Shown here piece after piece: positions 56,554 through 64,000 of a DNA stretch of 64,000 nt. How positions within the stretch are numbered: the first letter of the stretch is position 1; each line of letters opens with the position of its first letter. Source of the stretch: Cyclobacteriaceae bacterium (GTDB lineage Bacteria; Bacteroidota; Bacteroidia; Cytophagales; Cyclobacteriaceae); NCBI GenBank assembly GCA_043750575.1, contig JAYVBH010000009.1, positions 48,664 through 112,663 of the forward strand, written 5' to 3'. Made by a program: the position numbers and the translations under genes. Below the pieces are notes generated by a model that did no database searches, was not told the origin of the DNA, and saw only the letters and a list, made by a program, of their open reading frames with translations.

Positions 56554-57726
56554 TTAAGTATGTTTTAATAGGTAACGAAATTTTTTGGTACGCTGAAGAA
56601 ACCGCATATACATCTGCTTCTTCCAGGTGTCCGTCTCAAAGTCAAAATGGCTTCGTGGTGTGGTCTCCATGATCGCAAGAAATTCATCTGCCTGAAGGCC
56701 CCATTTTTTCAGGATGTATTCCTTATCCCGCCTCAACGTTTCAGAATCGTAAAGGGGAAGACTCAATTCATACAAAGCCTCTTCGCGCGTTATCTGTCCC
56801 GAACAAATCAGTGTTGAAAGATGAGCTTTCCGTTTATCTATTTTGAATTTCTCAGGTAAGATATAAGCCTGATAGAATTTTGTAAATGTAGATTCATAGT
56901 GCTTTCCACCATAGTCACGCCAACCCAATTCACGGCTGATCAAGGTCTTGATCTCCTTCTTGTTATATGGAACATAGTTCAAAATGGAAATAGGCGTTAG
57001 CTTAAGGGCAGCTGAATAATACACATATCGCTTGAAGTCCATATAGGGATAAGTCTTTAACTTAACCTTTCCATACTGATTGTGAATACTTTGTAGATTG
57101 TCAAAATCCATCTTTGAATAAAGCCACAAGGGCGGCATAATGTACTCCGTGACAACGTTGGTTCCACTGATGATATAGCTGATGCTATGCTTTCGTGCCA
57201 GTCTGTACATCGTTGCAAAAATGGCGTGATCGGATACAACTTCAATATCGACCACAGAAGCTTTGAAATAGGCAAGCTGAATATCCCTGAACTCTTCCCA
57301 ATCAATCACCAGTGTAAAAAGGTCTATGTCAAGTTTGCGAATTACATTTTCGATATTTTGAACGGCCAATTCTGAGTTCCACCCATTATCAAGGTGAACA
57401 GCCAAAGGTCGTAACCCATGTTTCTTCACGAGATAAGCCACATACGTGCTGTCCACACCCCCGCTCAACCCAATCAGGCAATCGTATGCTTTTCCCCTGC
57501 CCTTTCGTTTAATGGCTGATACCAACTCTGCCAGGCGTGACTGGCCAGCTTTACCGACAAGGACACTCTCAATCTCCGCCTTTTTGTATTCATGGACATA
57601 ATTGCATACTCCACTTTCGTCAAATTCAATACTTGGGTCAGCAATATTGTCCATCACGGTCAGTGAGCATTGCCTGTAAAGAGGATCGCTGATATCCAAA
57701 ATCACTTTCGACTTAAATTTTCTCAA
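56554..57726 (-). CDS. N-acetyl sugar amidotransferase (WbpG/WbuX-like PP-loop ATPase)
   Basis: YDCLIGLSGGVDST, HLDNGWNSELA, SGTN, YGGKHYES, ITREEAL. Confidence 0.92.
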   Translation of the reverse strand: MRKFKSKVILDISDPLYRQCSLTVMDNIADPSIEFDESGVCNYVHEYKKAEIESVLVGKAGQSRLAELVSAIKRKGRGKAYDCLIGLSGGVDSTYVAYLVKKHGLRPLAVHLDNGWNSELAVQNIENVIRKLDIDLFTLVIDWEEFRDIQLAYFKASVVDIEVVSDHAIFATMYRLARKHSISYIISGTNVVTEYIMPPLWLYSKMDFDNLQSIHNQYGKVKLKTYPYMDFKRYVYYSAALKLTPISILNYVPYNKKEIKTLISRELGWRDYGGKHYESTFTKFYQAYILPEKFKIDKRKAHLSTLICSGQITREEALYELSLPLYDSETLRRDKEYILKKWGLQADEFLAIMETTPRSHFDFETDTWKKQMYMRFLQRTKKFRYLLKHT

Positions 57727-58480
57727 AAAGACCTTCCCGTAACTCCTCCTGAGAAGGATAGCTAATCAATACAGCCCGATGAGGGCCTTTGAAAACAAAC
57801 ATACTTCCAGCAGCAACTGCCGAGGCGCCATTGGCAATGGCGGATTCAAAATCAGCAATACAGGAAGCCCCGCCAAGGGCAACTACCGGAATATCAACTC
57901 CATGAGCTACCAATCTCAACAGGTCCAAGTCATAACCTCCAAGAGTTCCATCACGCTCGATTGAGTTTAGAATGATTTCACCCGCACCCATCCGTTCTGC
58001 TTCTCGAGCATATTCGAGTGGGCCCTTGCCCGTATTAACAGATCCGTTACAAGTGTACGTTTGATACTTACCCCAAATATTCTTTCGCACATCTATGGAT
58101 ACAACCACACTTTGGCTACCTACGTAGTCTGAACACACTCGCACCAATGAAGGCTTTTCGTTAAACGCTGAATTGATAACGACCTTTTCTACTCCTGATG
58201 AAATTAAAGCCTGAACTTGCTCAACACTGGTAATTCCTCCTCCATAAGCTATTGGCATAAATGCCTCACTTGCGATCTCCCGTATCCGATCTAAGTCAGG
58301 AGCTCGCTGAGCAATAGTCGCAGATAAATCGAGAATAACCAGTTCATCAACCTCCTTCTCGTTAAATATTCTTACTGCATTGATAGGATCACCAACATAT
58401 TTTTGATTTTTGAACTGAGTCGATTTAACCAGGCCAGTGTCCTTGATTAGCAATGTTGGAATAACACGCACTCTCCGCAT
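57713..58480 (-). CDS. HisF-like cyclase paralogue of glycan clusters
   Basis: RVIPTLL, YVGDPINAVRIFNEKEVDEL, YGGGI, SIERDGT.GYD, AAGSMFVF. Confidence 0.9.
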   Translation of the reverse strand: MRRVRVIPTLLIKDTGLVKSTQFKNQKYVGDPINAVRIFNEKEVDELVILDLSATIAQRAPDLDRIREIASEAFMPIAYGGGITSVEQVQALISSGVEKVVINSAFNEKPSLVRVCSDYVGSQSVVVSIDVRKNIWGKYQTYTCNGSVNTGKGPLEYAREAERMGAGEIILNSIERDGTLGGYDLDLLRLVAHGVDIPVVALGGASCIADFESAIANGASAVAAGSMFVFKGPHRAVLISYPSQEELREGLFEKI

Positions 58481-59098
58481 TTAGAATTTTTCAATAAAAT
58501 TAGCGAACAGTTTCATGCCGAATTTATGGCTCTTCTCAGGATGAAACTGAATGCCCATAATATTGCCCTCTTCAACACCAGCCACAAATGAATATCCATG
58601 ATGTGCCACCATGCTTGCGGCTCCCTCATCCTCGAGAATCGCATGGTATGAATGAACAAAATAGAATCGAGGAATAATAATACCCTTCAATAGCCTAGAA
58701 GGTTTAACCGCCTCTACTTCAGTCCATCCCATATGAGGTATCTTCAATTCCTGGGGCAACCTACTCCGGTCAAATCGAACATTTCTGCCTTTGATCCATC
58801 CAAATCCAGGAAGACGACCTTCCTCACTGCCCTCTAGGAGCATCTGCATTCCAACACATAGTCCCAGAATGGGAACTTTGAGGCGTATCACTTGATTCTC
58901 AATAACACCAAACAAATCAGAGTCTTTTAATTTCCCTATACATGAATCAAATGCACCAACACCAGGCAAGATCAGCCTCGTCGCTTCCGCAATCTGCTGT
59001 GAATCCTTTGCCAAGTAACTGTCAATACCCGCCTTATCGAGCATATTTTTAATTGAGCCCACGTTCCCAACACCATAATCAATTATGCCCAACATCAA
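58481..59098 (-). CDS. HisH-like glutamine amidotransferase of glycan clusters
   Basis: DYGVGN, LPGVGAF, GLCVGMQ, PHMGW, YFVHSY, QFHPEKS. Confidence 0.92.
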   Translation of the reverse strand: MMLGIIDYGVGNVGSIKNMLDKAGIDSYLAKDSQQIAEATRLILPGVGAFDSCIGKLKDSDLFGVIENQVIRLKVPILGLCVGMQMLLEGSEEGRLPGFGWIKGRNVRFDRSRLPQELKIPHMGWTEVEAVKPSRLLKGIIIPRFYFVHSYHAILEDEGAASMVAHHGYSFVAGVEEGNIMGIQFHPEKSHKFGMKLFANFIEKF

Positions 59099-59772
59099 AA
59101 ATTAAGATAATCATCTCGAAACTTATCAAACTCCGATGACCGAATAAATCCATTGAATTCATGCCTATTGCTGTACCTAAGAAATTTTTTCTTCACTTCC
59201 TTATTTGCGCTGTAATCCGCATGCATTCTAGCTGGATTACCACTGATTACGCAATAGCCTTCCGGAAACGAACATGCAACAATAGAACCAGCCGCTACTG
59301 TAGTGAAATCACCCAAGACAACCCCAGGAAGAATTACCGACCCCATTCCGATTCTGCAGTATTCTCCAATTTGAATTTCATTTATCACATGCTTTCGGAT
59401 ATCGAGCATGAAATGGTTAGAACTAATTATTCCAACATTTGCAGCAATTTGTGTGTAATCTCCAATCCAAACCCTACCCATAGCCTGAATGTAACACCCC
59501 GGTGAAATTCCAGGTGCTGCATCAATACCAACTATCACATTCCTCCATGACCCAGTAATGACTGACGTCGGGTGCATCGGCCAGTAACACCCCGAATTGG
59601 GGCCAAGTACCTGATACTTAAACCACTGCTTAAAACTAATTGGACTCTCATTTTCTCTTGTTTCATCCAATGGCGAGAAAAATGGTACAAATTTCACCAC
59701 AGCTGTATAAAGGCGACCATGGAAAAGAAAAGCATACACTCTACTAAAGAACCTTAGAAAAACAAGTATCAT
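59095..59772 (-). CDS. Hexapeptide-repeat O-acyltransferase
   Basis: YWPMH, PGISPGCYIQ, IISSNH, VILPGVVLG, ISGNPA. Confidence 0.8.
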   Translation of the reverse strand: MILVFLRFFSRVYAFLFHGRLYTAVVKFVPFFSPLDETRENESPISFKQWFKYQVLGPNSGCYWPMHPTSVITGSWRNVIVGIDAAPGISPGCYIQAMGRVWIGDYTQIAANVGIISSNHFMLDIRKHVINEIQIGEYCRIGMGSVILPGVVLGDFTTVAAGSIVACSFPEGYCVISGNPARMHADYSANKEVKKKFLRYSNRHEFNGFIRSSEFDKFRDDYLNF

Positions 59773-60020
59773 TCGCTTGGCCTCGCCTTTAGTACATATT
59801 CACAATAATCTCCAACACATTGTGCATCAAAAATAAAGTCAATTGAGAATGTAATCTTGAATTCTCTTTCCATCGCAGAGATTAAGAACAAATTCGTTAT
59901 AGAGGTCCAGTTGGCTACAGAGTCTGGACTTGATTCATAAGTAATCTCAAGGCTCTCATCTCCTAACTCTTGCCTGAAAATTCTCTCCACTCTCTTGAGA
60001 ATCTCTTCCATTGAATTCAT
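59769..60020 (-). CDS. Acyl/aminoacyl carrier protein
   Basis: 83 aa, acidic; NWTSITNL (WDS-type Ppant site variant), AMEREFKITF. Confidence 0.8.
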   Translation of the reverse strand: MNSMEEILKRVERIFRQELGDESLEITYESSPDSVANWTSITNLFLISAMEREFKITFSIDFIFDAQCVGDYCEYVLKARPSE

Positions 60021-60023
60021 AAA

Positions 60024-60770
60024 TCATTCTGTTTTAGTATAAAGTATATATGAACTAGTCTCCTTAAATCCAAGTGAAAGATATAGTGGCTTACCAATTC
60101 TTGTCGATTGTAGATAGCAACTTTCAATTTTCAAACCATTCAATATTCTAAGGCAATGAATTAATAATGTCTTGCCGAACCCTTGCGCGCGATACTCCTT
60201 CTTGACACAAACCATATAGATACCTGCATTCCCATCCTCATCAAAATATAACATCGAAGCCCCAACCAACTCACCTCGGACTTTGAGACCAATAAGCCTA
60301 GATGAATTCATTCCTAATTCATTGAAGATATTTGAATCTAACTTTCTAGAGCTAAAAAGACATTGACTAACTAAACTGGTCCATTCAGGCAAATCAAGAG
60401 AGCCCTCAACAAATTCTGCCACCCTGTCTCCAGCGCAGATAGCATTGCTAACACTAAAATCTTTCAGTGACATACCAGTAGTTCGATCCGCTGGAATAAA
60501 TCCCTTTGCTCTTAGTGCAGCCTCGTGATTTGCACTGCCAAGTACCAATGGATTCATTCGAGCATTGCGCAAATCCTGAAGAATACCTTCAACTGTATCC
60601 AACCCTATACCAATTGAAGAAGTAATGAAGGCAAGATTAGGCCAAGAGGAATTCGAATGCTTAACAATACTGTAAAGCTCTTCTTCATAAAATTCCCCCC
60701 TCCACAAGCCCCCAATTCTTCTATAAAGCGAAAATAGATTTCGCTGATTTAATAGAACATCTGAAATCAT
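60024..60770 (-). CDS. GNAT-family N-acyltransferase
   Basis: GIYMVCVKKEYRAQGFGK, LQST..G..LY..LGF. Confidence 0.85.
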   Translation of the reverse strand: MISDVLLNQRNLFSLYRRIGGLWRGEFYEEELYSIVKHSNSSWPNLAFITSSIGIGLDTVEGILQDLRNARMNPLVLGSANHEAALRAKGFIPADRTTGMSLKDFSVSNAICAGDRVAEFVEGSLDLPEWTSLVSQCLFSSRKLDSNIFNELGMNSSRLIGLKVRGELVGASMLYFDEDGNAGIYMVCVKKEYRAQGFGKTLLIHCLRILNGLKIESCYLQSTRIGKPLYLSLGFKETSSYILYTKTE

Positions 60771-62287
60771 CCAATCATACTAAGTATTTGTCTCCTATCA
60801 ACTTTTCCACTAGTGCCTATTGGAAACTCACCTATTGATGCTATTCTTGCAGGGACCATATAGTATGGCAATTTCTTCTTAAGAAAACTCAATACCTTTG
60901 CGGTGTCAACTAGCGTAGTGGATTCAAGCACTAGCACAATTTCCGAAGTCCCATAACGATTACTCACCACTGTAGCACAATTGAGATCAAACTCTTGCCT
61001 AACCAAATATTCAATCTCGCTTAACTCAACTCGATACCCCTGGATTTTTACTTGGTTATCTATTCTGCCACAGTAGTATAGGTCTCCAACCTCATCCTTG
61101 TAGCACAAATCGCCAGTTCGGTAAAAACGGACTAATTTATTGCCTATGGTAAAAACTAAAAATGCAACGGCATTCTTTTCCGGGCAATTCAAGTAGCCGC
61201 TAGTAAGCTGGGGTCCGCTAATTAGCAACTCTCCCTTCTCATATTCTGCCACTGGATTCCCATATTCATTAATAATTAGAGATGTGGCCCCGCCAAATAG
61301 CTTACCAATTGACAGCATACCGTTGTAATTCTTAACCCTATAGGAGTCAACAGTATAACAAGAAACCCAAATTGTAGTTTCCGTTGGGCCATACAAATTC
61401 CTTATCATCGCATTCGGAACGACTTGTCGCCAAGCTTCCAACAAGTCCACTTGAGTCGCCTCTGCCGTTAATAGACAATTTCGAACCCTGGAAAACTTCA
61501 ATTGACTTAGATATGGTTTTAATAAGGCAATTAAAGAGGGCACGATTGTTATTATCGTAAGCTCGTACTGCATAATAATCTTTGCAGCATTCAAATATTT
61601 AATTCCATGAGGTGGCACCGTGTAAACTTGTGCTCCAGAAAGAAGCGGAAGTAGAAAACAAGCAATTGATACATCAAATGTCAAATCAAACATTTGAAGA
61701 CACCTGTCATTCCCATTAATTGGAATAGCTAAAAGATTCCAGGAATCCACGAAGGCACTTACGTTTCCATATGAAATTGGAACGCCTTTAGGACTGCCAG
61801 TACTACCCGAGGTAAACAGAATGTACAACTCCGAATCTGAACCCCGCCCAATTATCTCAAAATCCCCATCCTCCATCTCCACATGGTGCCTTGTGTCAAT
61901 AAACCTAACAGAAGGGGGCAAATTGAGGGAATTATCTGAGGTTGAGTCCAATATATAACTGATATCAGCTTGGTCAATAATTTCGAGATTTCGGCTCAAA
62001 GGGAAATCTTGATTAATGGGAACATAAGAGTTACCCGAAAACCAACAAGCTAGGAATGAAGCATAGGTGTCAATTGCATTTCTTGTGACAATACCTAATC
62101 TAGCACCGCCTTTAGGGTATTCTTTTACAATTTTAGCCTGAATGCCAACAGTCCTTTTACGTAAATCTCCGTAGCTATAGTAATTCCCATCTATACAAAA
62201 TGCTACATTACTCTCATGTTTACTCAAAGATTCTCTAAGTTTTTCAAATAAAGCTAAAGGTTCAGAACCAACATTCATTCTTCCCAT
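60767..62287 (-). CDS. Stand-alone amino-acid adenylation enzyme (DltA-like)
   Basis: YILFTSGSTGSPKGV, FDVS, NLYGPTETT, GELLI, YRTGDL, GRIDNQVKIQGYRVEL, SGKVDR. Confidence 0.93.
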   Translation of the reverse strand: MGRMNVGSEPLALFEKLRESLSKHESNVAFCIDGNYYSYGDLRKRTVGIQAKIVKEYPKGGARLGIVTRNAIDTYASFLACWFSGNSYVPINQDFPLSRNLEIIDQADISYILDSTSDNSLNLPPSVRFIDTRHHVEMEDGDFEIIGRGSDSELYILFTSGSTGSPKGVPISYGNVSAFVDSWNLLAIPINGNDRCLQMFDLTFDVSIACFLLPLLSGAQVYTVPPHGIKYLNAAKIIMQYELTIITIVPSLIALLKPYLSQLKFSRVRNCLLTAEATQVDLLEAWRQVVPNAMIRNLYGPTETTIWVSCYTVDSYRVKNYNGMLSIGKLFGGATSLIINEYGNPVAEYEKGELLISGPQLTSGYLNCPEKNAVAFLVFTIGNKLVRFYRTGDLCYKDEVGDLYYCGRIDNQVKIQGYRVELSEIEYLVRQEFDLNCATVVSNRYGTSEIVLVLESTTLVDTAKVLSFLKKKLPYYMVPARIASIGEFPIGTSGKVDRRQILSMIG

Positions 62288-62348
62288 AAATTAGGAGTTT
62301 ACTATTGTACCTCACTTGAAAATCAAGTTTTTAGACTCTTTCAGACCA

Positions 62349-63203
62349 TCAATAAATTCTGCCCTTCCAATCAGTCTGAAAAAGAAATGTAACCGCTTCA
62401 GCTACTGCGCTAAACTTAAGTCTAATTGCATCCTTAGTTATTTGTCGAATCAATATGGCCCTTTCACTGGCTATTAATTTGAGCCGGCAAGGAAGCGGCA
62501 GAGGACATGATTTATGCAAGAGAAAGGCAATGGTGATCGAGAGATATGTAAAGCGATACTTCCCAAAATCATTCATCTCCTGTGACAGATGCTCTCTATA
62601 CCAAACCATTCCATCAGGCATAAGCACAACTCTATTTGTTTGCCCAAGTCGATGCCACATTTCAAAATCCCCCGCCATTCGAATATTCTTGAATCCTCCT
62701 AATAAATGAAATACATCACGCTTTACTATTGATGACAATGGTGCCTTATGAAATAAGCCATGGTTCAAATAGTGATACTCATACGCCTGCTTTGGTGATA
62801 AATCAAAAGGGAATGTCTTTTCTTTATTTGGAAAAAGTGAGCACAAACCCCAGGTAGCTTCAGGAAATCTCTCCATCATTGAAACCATTAATTCCAAGCC
62901 CCAAGGGTAGATCAAATCATCAGCATCCACATATTTCAAGTACTTTCCTGAGGCATAGGAGGCTGACACATTTCGATTTGGGTAGTCTCCAACGTTTTCA
63001 ACATTAACATAAACCTTCACCCTTCTATCCCTCGCCTCGTAAGACCTCGCAATTTCAACAGTTCTATCTTTGGAGCAATCATCAACAATAATCAGTTCCA
63101 AATTCGTATAAGTTGAGGCCAATACACTCTCAATTGCTTCCGCAACATACTTTTCACGGTTATAAGCCGTCATTAAAACACTCACTAGTGGCTGCTCTTT
63201 CAC
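62349..63203 (-). CDS. Glycosyltransferase family 2
   Basis: VSVLMTAYN, IIVDDCSKD, YVDADD, AGDFEMW. Confidence 0.92.
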   Translation of the reverse strand: MKEQPLVSVLMTAYNREKYVAEAIESVLASTYTNLELIIVDDCSKDRTVEIARSYEARDRRVKVYVNVENVGDYPNRNVSASYASGKYLKYVDADDLIYPWGLELMVSMMERFPEATWGLCSLFPNKEKTFPFDLSPKQAYEYHYLNHGLFHKAPLSSIVKRDVFHLLGGFKNIRMAGDFEMWHRLGQTNRVVLMPDGMVWYREHLSQEMNDFGKYRFTYLSITIAFLLHKSCPLPLPCRLKLIASERAILIRQITKDAIRLKFSAVAEAVTFLFQTDWKGRIY

Positions 63204-63985
63204 TTAGAAATTAAACTTCTGTTTATGCCTATTGTCAATTCCCCAGCATTGAAAACAAAAAAACCATTCGTAATCAGAATATCGGAAATAACCTGTCTGC
63301 AATTCAATTCATCATGGATTTCAAGTGCTATTATCTTTGTTTTAGCCAAAAAAGACAAATCACGTCCAAGTCTAAAAACTTCTGCTTCACTCCCCTCAAT
63401 ATCCATTTTCAAAAAATCGATTGACTCAATATCATATCGGGCTATTAGATATTCCAAAGGAATCCCCTCTATTGGTAGTTTTGACTTTTTCTGCACGGTA
63501 GAAACACTTCTCGACCAATCCTCACCATCGCGAAAATCATTATTAAGGAATAGCGTTTCTTGTCTATACCACAGCGCATTATTCAAAAGAGATACATTGA
63601 GTGAAAAGTTTTTCAGGTTCTTACTCATCTGTATGTAATTCTGGCCATCTGGCTCAATACAAATAATGTGTGCGTTAGGAAATTTTTGGATTAGAAGAAT
63701 TGATGTAAGACCAATATTACACCCCGCATCAATTATTGTCCTCATCTTGATTCCATTTTTCAAAATAAGATCAATAACCGGTTCATATTCTCGTCCAATG
63801 AAAACCTGTTGAAAGGCCTTGATGTCACTACTGTACTTTCTTAGCTCTATTTCAACATTCTCCCTCCTTATGACTAAAATCCCATTCCCGTTTTTTGAAG
63901 TGAGTATTTCAAAACCCAAACTTTCAATTTTATCAAGTAAAATTCTATAGTTGCGTAAGGAATCAAAATTCATGATATGCAACAT
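63200..63985 (-). CDS. FkbM-family methyltransferase
   Basis: SSDIKAFQQVF, IDAGCNIG, IEPD, DFLKMDIEGSE, LEIHD. Confidence 0.9.
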   Translation of the reverse strand: MLHIMNFDSLRNYRILLDKIESLGFEILTSKNGNGILVIRRENVEIELRKYSSDIKAFQQVFIGREYEPVIDLILKNGIKMRTIIDAGCNIGLTSILLIQKFPNAHIICIEPDGQNYIQMSKNLKNFSLNVSLLNNALWYRQETLFLNNDFRDGEDWSRSVSTVQKKSKLPIEGIPLEYLIARYDIESIDFLKMDIEGSEAEVFRLGRDLSFLAKTKIIALEIHDELNCRQVISDILITNGFFVFNAGELTIGINRSLISK

Positions 63986-64000
63986 TCTACTTACAAATGC

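Noticed and set aside
57713-59098. Histidine biosynthesis hisF/hisH
   Set aside because: They are adjacent to the sugar amidotransferase with no other his genes; these are the glycan-cluster paralogues.
1-64000. tRNA, rRNA, prophage or integrase genes; the many 60-190 aa shadow ORFs
   Set aside because: No such motifs were seen; the shadow ORFs lie antisense to or out of frame within well-supported genes.

Overview
Bacteroidota chromosomal window, most likely Cytophagales. This rests on TAnnTTTG -7 promoter boxes, absence of Shine-Dalgarno sites, a T9SS C-terminal domain and an XrtF-type exosortase. Bases 1-22.8 kb hold housekeeping and catabolic genes (PPK2, kynA/gcdH, wecB, trpS, hppD, pgm, mtaB, lolD-like, sucC). 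Bases 23-64 kb are one long minus-strand surface-polysaccharide locus that continues beyond the window. Its host-like distal part contains a PglF/E/D/C-type pathway interrupted by an exosortase module (xrtF, partner membrane protein, 1908-aa T9SS cargo, PID-CTERM-like microprotein). Its visibly AT-richer proximal part carries WbpB/E/D-like, amidotransferase/HisF/HisH, GT11, MBOAT, carbamoyltransferase and adenylation/ACP/GNAT genes. The most unusual signal is non-coding. A GxxExxY PD-(D/E)XK nuclease gene is enclosed by 29-bp inverted arms built of CACAGATT triplets. The same arm recurs orphaned 24 kb away, and several intergenic gaps hold gene-less cassettes of the same architecture made of other 7-9-nt periodic repeat families. 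Also seen: a duplicated, codon-conserved ghost 3' end of lolD, direct-repeat bracketing of mtaB, and a 49-bp hairpin array. No rRNA, tRNA, CRISPR array or transposase was found. All assignments come from motif reading; no database searches were run.
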